A stretch of DNA of 23,314 bases from an uncultured archaeon (GCA_964590575.1 CAZPWM010000045.1:1-23314); one strand, 5' to 3'; shown: positions 8,530 to 18,078, counted from the first letter of the stretch. Program-made: numbers and translations. The notes: generated from the letters alone by a model not told the origin.

Positions 8530-8641
8530 GAGCCTTTACAAGAGTCATACGCAATATCTGTTTTGGTAGGCAAAATTGGAGAAGTGCACCATGGTGAATG
8601 TTTTTGTGAGTGTTCCGTACATCCAATAGCGAGGCGAGACG

Positions 8642-9928
8642 TTGGAAGTACAGATAACATATGGTGATGGGACAATAAAGCTCAACATACCAGATAAGAA
8701 CCTTGCAGGGGTTATCGAGCCTAAGCCAACAAAGACCACAACTGATGTTCTAGCGGGTATTGAACACGTTCTTGACAATCCTCACGGTCCATCACTCTCA
8801 GAGATCTCGAGGAGTAAGAGTGTCTGTGTTTTGGTCGAAGATCACACTCGAGATGCTCCGCACTGGGCGATGGTGTCGGCAGTTGTTCCACATCTTGTAG
8901 ATGCTAACAAGGTTCAGTTCATTATCACAACCGGTTCTCACGAGGTGCAGCATCCCGGTAATATTGAGATTGTTGATATGATTAAGCGTGTAGCTGATGA
9001 TGCAAAGCTCCACAATTATGACGTCATTATTCATGACTGCCAGTTTCCAGATATGGTTGACATAGGAAAGACGAGTAGAGGCACCCCCGTTATTGTCAAC
9101 GCTGCTGCAGTTGGACATGATGTCTATGTGAGCCTGTCTGATATGAAGGCGCACTACTTTGCAGGTTATTCGAACGTTGTGAAAAACTTCCTACCAGGTG
9201 TCTGTGGCTTCAAGACCATTGAGGCAAATCACGCTCTTGCCCTCAACCCACGGTCTACATTTGGAATCCATCCATTTCATCCTGATGAAACTAGACGTGA
9301 CAATCCATTGGCTGATGATATGAGAGAAGCTATGGAGATGATTGCTCGAGAAGCAAAGATATTCTCGGTCGCTATTGTGTCAAGCAACAGGAAACTAGTG
9401 TGGGCTGATGCAGGACTTCCTAAACATGTGGCAGCTCGAGGAATGGAACTACTGGATGAAACATCAAGCTTCAAGGTGACACCTCAGACTAGAATTGTAG
9501 TATCACCAGGAGGTTATCCTCAAGACAAGAGTCTGTATCACGCTCAGAGAGCGATTGAGCTTACAAAAAATGCTGTCGTTGATGGGGGTCAGATTTTGTT
9601 CCTCGCAGAGTGCAGAGACGGTGTTGCTCCAGAGTCAGCAATCGAGAATTTCTACAACAAACTCACCGCGCCTATTGAAGAGGTGATTACATCAATCAGC
9701 GGCAAATATCACCTGTACGAGCACAAAGCCTACAAATTTGCAGAGCTCCTAAAGCGAATCTCAAGTGTTCGTTTGTATTCCAAGTTGGACAAAGATATCG
9801 TCGAAGCAGCTCATCTTGGGAGTGTGGAGGACCCGCAGTTGGTAATTGATGAATGGATCAGTGAGAATCCACACGTGAAGATACTTGTCCTTGACAAAGG
9901 AAACAAGATTGCAATCTATGCGGATTAA
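8642..9928 (+). CDS. LarA-family nickel-pincer-dependent 2-hydroxy-acid racemase/epimerase
   Basis: Motifs 'EDHTR', 'TGSH', 'HYFAGYS...KNFLPG', 'EANH', 'SPGGYP.D..LY' and 'LAECRDG'. TTG start with GAGG upstream. Confidence 0.9.
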   Translation: MEVQITYGDGTIKLNIPDKNLAGVIEPKPTKTTTDVLAGIEHVLDNPHGPSLSEISRSKSVCVLVEDHTRDAPHWAMVSAVVPHLVDANKVQFIITTGSHEVQHPGNIEIVDMIKRVADDAKLHNYDVIIHDCQFPDMVDIGKTSRGTPVIVNAAAVGHDVYVSLSDMKAHYFAGYSNVVKNFLPGVCGFKTIEANHALALNPRSTFGIHPFHPDETRRDNPLADDMREAMEMIAREAKIFSVAIVSSNRKLVWADAGLPKHVAARGMELLDETSSFKVTPQTRIVVSPGGYPQDKSLYHAQRAIELTKNAVVDGGQILFLAECRDGVAPESAIENFYNKLTAPIEEVITSISGKYHLYEHKAYKFAELLKRISSVRLYSKLDKDIVEAAHLGSVEDPQLVIDEWISENPHVKILVLDKGNKIAIYAD

Positions 9929-11454
9929 TCATCATCAAGTCGCAAATCAGAAATTGCTGAATAGAGTGCCTTGAACTTCTTGTATCCCTTCTGATAGACC
10001 TCGAGACTCTCCTTCGTTGGAAGCAGTTGGTCGAGGGTTTTGACCATTTCTTCAGCAGCCTGAGATACAGACTTGAATACACCGATTCCCTTGCAAGCCA
10101 AGATTGCAGCACCAACAGCTGTAGCTTCTTCCATCTGAGTCCTGATTACCGGAATCCGAAGTATGTTGGCTTGTATCTGCATCCATGCCTCACTTCTTGC
10201 AGCACCACCTGTAACACGGATTTCCCTTGAAGGTAATCCAAGTTCTCGCATCACCTCAATATTGGTTCGGATCTCATAGGACACACCCTCCAGAATCGAT
10301 CGTACAATATGAGCCCGGGTGTGACCCAAAGCAAGTCCTGCAAATATACCCCGTGAGTGAGGATTCCAGTAAGGAGCACCAGACCCTGCAAAATGAGGAA
10401 TATGAATAACCCCCTCTGAACCTGCGGGAATCTTGCTAGCCTCTTCTGTTATGATTTCATAGGGATCTACACCTTTCTCATCAGCAATAGTCCGCTCTTC
10501 ACTGCCGAGATTATCCCTGAACCATTTCAATGCGGAGCCTGTAGTGAACATGCTCGCTTCTACAACAAATGCATTGGGAACCACATGCCTACTACAGAGC
10601 ACACGACGTCCCGGGTCAAGACGGACAGTCTTGGAATGTGCAAGAAGGAATGTACCTGTACCGGTTGTTGATTTCAGCATGCCTTCTTTGACAACTCCAA
10701 CGCCTAAAGCTGCACACTGTTGGTCACCACCACCAGCTACAACGGGCGTACCTGTTTTGAGGCCAGTTTCTTTGGAGGCGCGAGTGGTAATCTCACCAAC
10801 TTGAGTTCCTGGTTCAACAGGACGAGGTAGTTTGTCCTCTGGAATACCAAGAGTGTCAAGCATTCGTTTTGACCAGATGCCCCTGCGTATGTCAAAGAGC
10901 ATGGTTCTGCTAGCATTTGAAAAATCGGAGATTGTCTGATCAGACAGACGATAGATGAGATAGTCATGAACAAGTAAGAACTTGTGAGCCTTCTTGAAGC
11001 TGGGTTCTTCATTCTCCTTAATCCAGAGAATTTTGGGTGCTGAGAAATATGGGTCAACTGTAAGTCCAGTTATCGAATAGACCTCATCCTCGGACATCTG
11101 TTTTATTATCCAATCGCACTGTGGTATAGTCCTTCTGTCTTGCCAAACAATGGCTTTCCGGAGTGGTTTGCCATCCTCAGCTATCGGAACAATCGTTTCC
11201 CTCTGATTCGTTACACTCACACCAATAACCTTCTCCGAACTCAGACCGGTTTCAGCCATGGATTTCTTGATGGTCTCACAAGACTTCAACCACCAACTCT
11301 CAGCATCCTGCTCTACCCATGAAGGATGGGGATAAGTACTCTCATATTCGGAGTATGCCATACCCATAACGCCTCCTGTTTTGTCGAAGAATATGGACCG
11401 GACCCCAGTTGTTCCAGCATCGATTGCCAAGACTAACTCCGTCATCAACATCAC
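9925..11454 (-). CDS. FGGY-family carbohydrate kinase, glycerol-kinase-like active site
   Basis: 'AIDAGTTG', 'VEQD', 'TNQRET', 'IVWQDRRT', 'DPYFS', 'SNASRTMLFDI', 'GDQQ', 'TGTGTF', 'GAPYW', 'GGAARS...MQIQA'. Family certain; substrate inferred. Confidence 0.9.
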   Translation of the reverse strand: MMLMTELVLAIDAGTTGVRSIFFDKTGGVMGMAYSEYESTYPHPSWVEQDAESWWLKSCETIKKSMAETGLSSEKVIGVSVTNQRETIVPIAEDGKPLRKAIVWQDRRTIPQCDWIIKQMSEDEVYSITGLTVDPYFSAPKILWIKENEEPSFKKAHKFLLVHDYLIYRLSDQTISDFSNASRTMLFDIRRGIWSKRMLDTLGIPEDKLPRPVEPGTQVGEITTRASKETGLKTGTPVVAGGGDQQCAALGVGVVKEGMLKSTTGTGTFLLAHSKTVRLDPGRRVLCSRHVVPNAFVVEASMFTTGSALKWFRDNLGSEERTIADEKGVDPYEIITEEASKIPAGSEGVIHIPHFAGSGAPYWNPHSRGIFAGLALGHTRAHIVRSILEGVSYEIRTNIEVMRELGLPSREIRVTGGAARSEAWMQIQANILRIPVIRTQMEEATAVGAAILACKGIGVFKSVSQAAEEMVKTLDQLLPTKESLEVYQKGYKKFKALYSAISDLRLDDD

Positions 11455-11502
11455 TGGCTCAATAAGAAACAGGTCCTCGATAAGAACACTTCGAGAATAA
11501 TG

Positions 11503-11790
11503 TCAACGATAACTTAGCTCGGAATCAATGACCTCTCTGATGTCTCTTCGAGGCCTGATACATTCCATCTTGAATTTGTAGTCCCTCTTGAGTCGTTGTT
11601 CAAGACGCATCGCATCTCCACGTGTTCTACATTCAGCCATGTAGACAACATACATGGGTTTGTGCATCTTCAGATATGCGGCAGAACGAGAGTTTCCAGA
11701 GATGTGTTCTTGGAACCGTCTTGCAACATCATTGGTCATTCCGGTGTAGTATGTTTGGTCCTCGGTTTCAATGATGTAGACGAAATACAT
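11503..11790 (-). CDS. Stand-alone GIY-YIG nuclease family protein (UPF0213-like)
   Basis: 'YFVYII.....YYTGMTND..RRF.EH' and 'A.RLE..LK' in 95 aa. Confidence 0.9.
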   Translation of the reverse strand: MYFVYIIETEDQTYYTGMTNDVARRFQEHISGNSRSAAYLKMHKPMYVVYMAECRTRGDAMRLEQRLKRDYKFKMECIRPRRDIREVIDSELSYR

Positions 11791-11886
11791 GAGTCATCTA
11801 GAAGAGAGTCGTGCTTTGTGGGATATAGGCCTTTGCAGTGCTTTGGAAAGTGTTAACAAGATGAAGTTCTATTGATAAGATTGAAC

Positions 11887-12834
11887 ATGACGAAAATTGC
11901 GGTTGTCACAGGAGCTGCTGGTTTCATCGGAAGTCATCTTGTGGACCTGTTACTTGCTAACGGGGTTTCAGTCATTGGCGTAGATAACTTGAGAACAGGC
12001 AATCTTCAGAACTTGGAAGGACCTCTAAAACATAATGCCTTCCGGTTCCTGAAAGAGGATATCTGTAGTCGGAAGTTTCCGGATATTATTCGAGAGGATG
12101 TTGATGTAATCTTTCATTTCGCTGCAATCTCATCTGTGAAACTTTCCGTTGAAAACCCGATTCTTGTGAACGATACAAATGTCCAGGGTACAATTAACGT
12201 ACTGGAGATGGCAAGGAAACTAGATGTGAAGAGATTCGTCTATAGCTCAAGCGCCGCAGTCTATGGAGATCCAGAATCACTTCCAGTACAAGAGGAAACC
12301 CCCCTTTATCCTCTGAGTCCGTATGCAGCATCGAAGATCTCTGCTGAGATGTACAGTATCTCTTATGAAAACCTGTATGGGATATCTCCAACCATCTTTC
12401 GATACTTCAACGTGTATGGACCACGTCAAGAAAAATCTGAATACAGTGGCGTGATTCCTATCTTTATCACTCAGGGGCTTCAGAATAAAGACATCACAGT
12501 CGAGGGAGATGGAAAACAAACAAGGAGCTTCATCTTTGTTGAGGATATTGCAAATGCAACCTATCTAGGTAGTCAGATTGGAGATGCTTCGTGTCAAATT
12601 CTAAACCTGTCTGGGACTGACTCCATTAGGATTCTTGACCTCGCTCGTTTGGTCAAGGACCGTATTCCTGAGTCCACTTCTAACATAGTTCATCGTGATG
12701 CTCGTGAGGGAAACGTGAAGGATAGTATTGGGAGTATGGAGAGAACCTCGAAAGTTCTAGGATTCTCTCCCTCTGTTCCCTTCGAAACTGGACTTGACCG
12801 TACGGTCTCCTGGTATAGATTGCATCAAGAGTAA
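11887..12834 (+). CDS. NAD-dependent nucleotide-sugar epimerase/dehydratase (GalE/WbpP-like extended SDR)
   Basis: 'VTGAAGFIGSHL', 'HFAA', 'SSSAAVYG', catalytic 'YAASK', 'RYFNVYGPRQ', 'GDGKQTRSF'. Start moved to ATG 11887. Confidence 0.93.
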   Translation: MTKIAVVTGAAGFIGSHLVDLLLANGVSVIGVDNLRTGNLQNLEGPLKHNAFRFLKEDICSRKFPDIIREDVDVIFHFAAISSVKLSVENPILVNDTNVQGTINVLEMARKLDVKRFVYSSSAAVYGDPESLPVQEETPLYPLSPYAASKISAEMYSISYENLYGISPTIFRYFNVYGPRQEKSEYSGVIPIFITQGLQNKDITVEGDGKQTRSFIFVEDIANATYLGSQIGDASCQILNLSGTDSIRILDLARLVKDRIPESTSNIVHRDAREGNVKDSIGSMERTSKVLGFSPSVPFETGLDRTVSWYRLHQE

Positions 12835-15800
12835 GTGATGGTCAAGAGCAGATTGATTTGATCCACGACTCCATCATCTGTACGCAATATCACCATCACT
12901 AGATATTGAACTAGTACGATGCCTTCAGGCAAGTATGCTGTTACGAGCGGTGCAGTTCCATAGAGGTCACCAGCACCAATCATGCCAATGTCCATAGTGA
13001 ATGTCTGGTTCCCAGGATTGATGGCAGGTGTAATCGCTGAACCATGCCAGAGTACTAAGAAGTTACTTGACGATGGTACTACAATGTCTAAGTAGAGATG
13101 TTGCGTGATGTTGTCATTGTTCCGCATCTGAGCTATCAGGCTAGAGAATTCTCCAGAGTCGATAGTGTGCGGGCTGAAGCTGACACTCTCGAAACCAACT
13201 TCACCAGTTTCTACAACTGTCTGATTGAGAAGTCCAAACATCTTGTAGTATGCTTCAACTACACTCTCACCAAGTTCAACACGATCACCAGTCTGTACAT
13301 CTACGAGACCTACGCCACCCAACTTCTGGATCACTCTATTTACGGAGGTTTCCACCTCAAGAAAGACAGGAATCACGAAGAACAAATCGCCTCCCAGATG
13401 ATATAGGAGCTTGTTTCCATATCGATGTTCACCCCAGAGCTGGATTTGTGTTCGCACCACATCATTCGTTTCAAATGCTTGGACAGCAGCGGTAGGACCG
13501 AGCCAGTTCGAGAATCCATCTTCACCAGCTTTATAGAACGTTAACCGACCAAAGTCTGTGTCACCACAACCCATAATGTATATGCCTGCGAGGTTATGCG
13601 CTGTAGCCAGCCTGAATTCGGCGTTGTGATAGGCTATGAAACGTTCCACACCCTCAATAGTCATGATCACATATCTAGTGTCGGATTCCTCCGGACTCTG
13701 GTGAAAATCAATACCGGTACTCCACTTTTCACCCTCATCGACATGGAATATGTAGGCTACATTAAGCTGGCGTTCATAGAGGTCTTCTGGCCATTTCAAC
13801 TGGGACTGAAGCCAATCTGGAGTTTCCTGCCAATCGTAGTAATCTCGGTAGGTGATATCTAGGAAAAGACCTTCGTCTGAAGCAGGAGCAGCATAGAACT
13901 GCATCTCACCAGATTCTATACCTACTAGACAAACACCCATGAACCGCATGTAATTCTCATGTGCGTAACCCGTAGATAGACGATAATCAATATAGATTGA
14001 TACAGCGTAGAAGATATTCCCATTTGGATCCACTACGAGGTATGGGTCATTGTCAATTGACAGCCCCTGTAGCATTATAGAGTCCACACGTGATAGAACA
14101 TCTCGTTCCACAAGCATGTCCATATCTCTACCAATGTATGACCAAGCTTCCGGACCCATTGTGAGGATATAGAAGAACGACTCAAAACCACTGAGTGTAT
14201 AATCAGGGGTCCCTCCGAAAGTAGCATTGCCAACCTCCTCAAAGCTAGGAACGTTGACAAACACCACGTCGTTGAAACCCTGACCTTCGCCATAGTAGAA
14301 ATTGATGTCTTCAGTCCGATTAAATAGAGATATGAGATTATCATCCTCGACTAATTCGCCACTGAACGCATCAAGAACGACAATACCTTCTGTGTGAGTG
14401 TAAAGGATATGTTGATTTATGAAACTAGTCCAGGTTGCACTTGTATCGAATGTCAGAGGGGCAATCCAATATTCATGGTTCTTTAACAAGACAATATCTG
14501 AGTCAGCGAGTTGCAGCCAGTTCGTACCAATCTGGTTCCGCATTCGCAGATAACTCGCCGTTTGGTCCCACTGTCGAACATTGGTAAGTGTTTCAATTTC
14601 AGTTGTGGGAGTAGCATTTAACGTGAGCGCTTCGATTGGTTTTACTTCGAAATCACTCAATCCCGTAGCCCATTTTGTGATTTCTATTTCTTTTTGTGTT
14701 TCTAGATTAAATTTCCAATCGATATACTTGTCCCCATCCATCTGAATCCCATAGTATAGTCCCTGGATGATAGGAAGCATGACGACAATCACAATCAGAA
14801 AGCCTGCGACTAATGCAAAGGATTTCTGACCCCCACCAATTGGAATTAGCCGTTCAATCTTAAGCCTCCGAAGCTCATTCGCTATATTCACACGGTCTTC
14901 CATGAGCAGGTTCACACGTTTCCGATATCCTTCAGCATCGATGGCTCCAGTTTCATACTCTTGGCGGAGAGAGAGAAGTTCACCTTGTAATCGGGCTAGG
15001 TCTCCTTCAAGGGAGGTGATCTTGCTTTTCAGACGTTGACGAACATCACCAGAACGAACTCTTGCAGCCATGAAAACGACTGAACCTACAAGACTCGCAC
15101 CGAGTGCAATAATCAGTGCTAGATAACTCATCCAAGTTCCAGCATTGACAGTCCAAGTGGGGACATTGAGAATCTCAAGAACTAGAACTAGCGAAACTAC
15201 GAGAAGGCCTTTGGAGATTACAACAAATACATCTCGCCTCTGTAGCATCAGATCAGTTGCTACGCTTAAGGCGAGTCTTGCGGCTGTGGCCACTAGTACT
15301 GTGGAGATGAGCCCAACATAGAGTTGATACGCCTCCATTGCAGGAATCAGACTCTGGATTGAGGCTGCACTGGTTCCTGGTGCAAAAGGCAACGAAAACA
15401 GGGTCCCAACTTGACCGGGTGTTATAGAGATTGCCCCGTCACGCATCAACATCATCAGAAAGGCCACATTCTGCCCAGTGACCGAATAGCCTCCAATTGA
15501 TACGTAGTAGAAGAAGAAGGCTCCAATCAGAAGTAATCTCCATAGAATTCCAGATCTGAGGTCCAACTTCTTGAGATGGGTGCCAGTTTGCGAGAGTGCT
15601 GAAATGAAGGATAGTGATGTCGAACGTGTCCAGAGTGTAAATACGGTACTTAAGATAGCTAACAGAAGTGATGCAGTGAAGATATTATTCTCTAAGGTCC
15701 AAGTATCCCAGAACCCTACATTTGCTTTCGTAGTAAATAAGTCGTTATAGATTGTCTGACCTAGCCACCAACCATAGGCGGCGCTGCCAGCTAAAATCCC

Positions 15801-15848
15801 AATTATAGCTATGATTAGGAGAATGATAAGGACACGTAGGTACTTCAT
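12825..15848 (-). CDS. UPF0182-family integral membrane protein with coiled-coil/SHOCT-like insertion and C-terminal beta-rich domain
   Basis: Multi-TM N-terminus followed by a large extramembrane region with UPF0182-like motifs 'NVRQWD', 'HILYTHTEG', 'FYYGE', 'DPYLVV' and 'WPEDLY..Q'. Start moved to ATG 15848 (purine-rich SD upstream). 3' end overlaps the epimerase by 10 nt. Confidence 0.8.
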   Translation of the reverse strand: MKYLRVLIILLIIAIIGILAGSAAYGWWLGQTIYNDLFTTKANVGFWDTWTLENNIFTASLLLAILSTVFTLWTRSTSLSFISALSQTGTHLKKLDLRSGILWRLLLIGAFFFYYVSIGGYSVTGQNVAFLMMLMRDGAISITPGQVGTLFSLPFAPGTSAASIQSLIPAMEAYQLYVGLISTVLVATAARLALSVATDLMLQRRDVFVVISKGLLVVSLVLVLEILNVPTWTVNAGTWMSYLALIIALGASLVGSVVFMAARVRSGDVRQRLKSKITSLEGDLARLQGELLSLRQEYETGAIDAEGYRKRVNLLMEDRVNIANELRRLKIERLIPIGGGQKSFALVAGFLIVIVVMLPIIQGLYYGIQMDGDKYIDWKFNLETQKEIEITKWATGLSDFEVKPIEALTLNATPTTEIETLTNVRQWDQTASYLRMRNQIGTNWLQLADSDIVLLKNHEYWIAPLTFDTSATWTSFINQHILYTHTEGIVVLDAFSGELVEDDNLISLFNRTEDINFYYGEGQGFNDVVFVNVPSFEEVGNATFGGTPDYTLSGFESFFYILTMGPEAWSYIGRDMDMLVERDVLSRVDSIMLQGLSIDNDPYLVVDPNGNIFYAVSIYIDYRLSTGYAHENYMRFMGVCLVGIESGEMQFYAAPASDEGLFLDITYRDYYDWQETPDWLQSQLKWPEDLYERQLNVAYIFHVDEGEKWSTGIDFHQSPEESDTRYVIMTIEGVERFIAYHNAEFRLATAHNLAGIYIMGCGDTDFGRLTFYKAGEDGFSNWLGPTAAVQAFETNDVVRTQIQLWGEHRYGNKLLYHLGGDLFFVIPVFLEVETSVNRVIQKLGGVGLVDVQTGDRVELGESVVEAYYKMFGLLNQTVVETGEVGFESVSFSPHTIDSGEFSSLIAQMRNNDNITQHLYLDIVVPSSSNFLVLWHGSAITPAINPGNQTFTMDIGMIGAGDLYGTAPLVTAYLPEGIVLVQYLVMVILRTDDGVVDQINLLLTITYS

Positions 15849-15870
15849 GAGCTCTTTCCTCTCTCGTTGA

Positions 15871-15889
15871 TGCATCTCTATTAGATGCA
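15871..15889. promoter_or_regulatory. 7-bp inverted repeat upstream of the UPF0182 gene and downstream of def
   Basis: TGCATCT-CTATT-AGATGCA; operator or terminator role not distinguishable. Confidence 0.3.
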
Positions 15890-15920
15890 GCGCATAAGAG
15901 GATAGTGTTTTCTACACTCT

Positions 15921-16430
15921 TTATGTTTGAGGTTCAAGAAAATGCTTCTGTTCCTTGTAAGCAAACGATTTTCCATCAAATGCTCTCATAACAGCAAGAA
16001 TGCCATCCAAATGGTCATACTCATGCTGTAGTAGTTCAGAGAGATCGTCTTCCAGATCCATAGATTTTACGTTCCACATTTCATCACGGAATTCAATTGT
16101 GCACTGTTTGTGTCGCTTTACCCTAACAAGGAGGTCCGGAAAACACATGCAGTCGTCCCATATCTCAATCATCTCATCGCTCAGATTCTTGAGTGTTGGA
16201 TTAAGAAAAACAAGCGGAGTATCAACGTTCATGTAGATGATACGTTTCATAACACCAATTTGGGGGGCTGCAATAGCGCGACCAGCTCTATACTTTCTCC
16301 TGAAGTCCATCATGGTGTCATGCAAGTCTTGAACTATCTGAGGCATGTTATCTAGATCGGAAGCGGTCACTACACCCGATGTCTTGTACAACTGGGGATT
16401 GCCAAGCTGCAGAATCTCACGGACTGTCAT
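15921..16430 (-). CDS. def: Peptide deformylase family protein with non-canonical motifs
   Basis: 'ILQLGNPQL', motif 1 'GRAIAAPQIG', 'FLNP', motif 2 'DDCMC' (canonical EGCLS), motif 3 'QHEYDHLDG'. Confidence 0.88.
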   Translation of the reverse strand: MTVREILQLGNPQLYKTSGVVTASDLDNMPQIVQDLHDTMMDFRRKYRAGRAIAAPQIGVMKRIIYMNVDTPLVFLNPTLKNLSDEMIEIWDDCMCFPDLLVRVKRHKQCTIEFRDEMWNVKSMDLEDDLSELLQHEYDHLDGILAVMRAFDGKSFAYKEQKHFLEPQT

Positions 16431-16446
16431 TATAGGAAATTTTACC

Positions 16447-16577
16447 TCATATTATTATTAGTGTTCCACGGTCTGGTGGTACACATGACAGTATATCTCC
16501 AATAATTACCTTATCAAGTCTTACCCAATAAGTGCCTGACTTGAGAAGTCAAGTCACCGTAAACCGTCGAATTCGTT
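16447..16577 (-). pseudogene. Frameshifted 3' remnant of a paralog of the 18079-18762 gene
   Basis: Aligns by hand to 18079-18214 with a 5-nt deletion and about 29 mismatches in 131 nt. Reads TNSTVYGDLTSQV/GTYWVRLDKVIIGDILSCVPPDRGTLIII* versus TNSTVYGDLTCQVATGHFWVKLDNVSVGGAVSCTPVDRGTLIII*. Confidence 0.88.
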
Positions 16578-16886
16578 TTTATTGTTGCATCAAGATTGTC
16601 CTCAAAAATCTGAAGTATAGGTATTGTAACTTCATGCTTGGAAGTCTTTGCTACATCATCTAACAGCTTTTTCGCATTCTCTATTACTTCATCCATAACC
16701 GATTGGATTGTATTCGCACAATTTTCCAATCGAGCTCGCAGATTGTTCCTTCCTTCGTCATAGCCATATCTGCGATGGCAAACTGTATTTGTAGCTCAAC
16801 TTCCGGTCAATCTCAGGGTATAACTCACTCGGAACTTGTGAGTAGTAAAGAAAAAAAGGGATGTGAGGGAATGAAAATCCAGCTTG

Positions 16887-18038
16887 ATGGATATGAATGA
16901 TGAGTATACTCTCATTGAGAAGAGATTCCAACATGTTATCCTTGAGGGTAGTCGTTACGAAATTGGACAACAGCAAGGAGAGTTTCTGAAAGAGCATTCT
17001 CCGCAATATATCAGATTCTATACATCAGGGAAGGTCAATCCCAAGAAACTGGGATTCTTGAGTTTTGAGGATCTTCAAAATCATTACGAAGCGTTTTGTC
17101 CTGGAATCACTGATGAACTGACAGGTGTTGCCGATAGTCTTGGTGTGAAACCTAGAAATCTACCAATGTATGGATCACCAATCTATGAATCTGGAAATTG
17201 TAGTCAGATCTCTGTTCTCTCCTCTGCAACAGACACCGGACATGTCTATGTAGCTAGAAGTTATGAGCTAAATCAAGAGATGAATGACTTCAGATTGTGC
17301 ACAACCAGAATCAAGGGTAAAACCAAGCACATTGGATTCTCAGAGCTGCTTGTATTTCGAGATGAAGGTATGAATGACCATGGGTTCAGTGTAAGCTTCT
17401 CTGGTGGGGGAACGTTCAAGACGAAACCAACCAAGAGAGGATTCCCATTTTTTCTCATTGTGCGTTCGCTTCTCGATAATTGCAGGGATGTCAATGAGGC
17501 GATAAACTATATTGAAAGAGTTCCAGTTCAGGGATTCTGGAACTTCCTGCTTACTGATAATAAAAGCAATGCTGCACTGGTTCAGTTTTTTGATGGGGAT
17601 TATGCGATTCAGAATATAAATCAAGATGCATCTGAACCATATCTTTTCTCTGGAAATCATTACAAACTTCCCGAGGTGGAGAAGTATCAGAAATTCGCTG
17701 GTGATTGGATTCTTGCGAATTCAAAGAAGCGATGTGACCTCATTGATTCGACTTTGAGGAATGCCCATCCAAAGGTAACAACAGAAACATTACGCGAACT
17801 TCTGTCAAAAGAGCTCTACGAAGGAGTTTCTGGGCATTACTACACGGATTTCTTTGGAACTCTATTTTCAATGATATTTGATCTGACTGACCTAACAGTC
17901 GATGTCTGTTTTGGCACCCCTACTCACAACGACTGGAAAGGTCCGTTCTCGGTGGATGGTCCTATGGGCGTTGAATACTATACAGCAATTTTTCCTGACA
18001 AATCAATCAAGACCGATGATCTTTGGACTTTCGGTTAA
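16887..18038 (+). CDS. C45-family Ntn-hydrolase (acyl-CoA:6-APA acyltransferase-like cysteine peptidase)
   Basis: 'LEGS.YEIG.QQG', 'PG...EL.G.AD', autocleavage nucleophile 'GNCS', 'ARSYE', 'EGMND.G', 'NFLLTD', 'NHY', 'S..R', 'FGTL.SMIFD'. Start could be 16884, 16887 or 16893. Confidence 0.88.
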   Translation: MDMNDEYTLIEKRFQHVILEGSRYEIGQQQGEFLKEHSPQYIRFYTSGKVNPKKLGFLSFEDLQNHYEAFCPGITDELTGVADSLGVKPRNLPMYGSPIYESGNCSQISVLSSATDTGHVYVARSYELNQEMNDFRLCTTRIKGKTKHIGFSELLVFRDEGMNDHGFSVSFSGGGTFKTKPTKRGFPFFLIVRSLLDNCRDVNEAINYIERVPVQGFWNFLLTDNKSNAALVQFFDGDYAIQNINQDASEPYLFSGNHYKLPEVEKYQKFAGDWILANSKKRCDLIDSTLRNAHPKVTTETLRELLSKELYEGVSGHYYTDFFGTLFSMIFDLTDLTVDVCFGTPTHNDWKGPFSVDGPMGVEYYTAIFPDKSIKTDDLWTFG

Positions 18039-18078
18039 GTTGAGATTCATGAGAAAGGACAAGTATGGGAAGTTACTC

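Noticed and set aside
11503-11790. GIY-YIG gene as a homing endonuclease or mobile element
   Set aside because: Minimal stand-alone UPF0213-type size, with no intron, intein, terminal repeats or extra DNA-binding domain.
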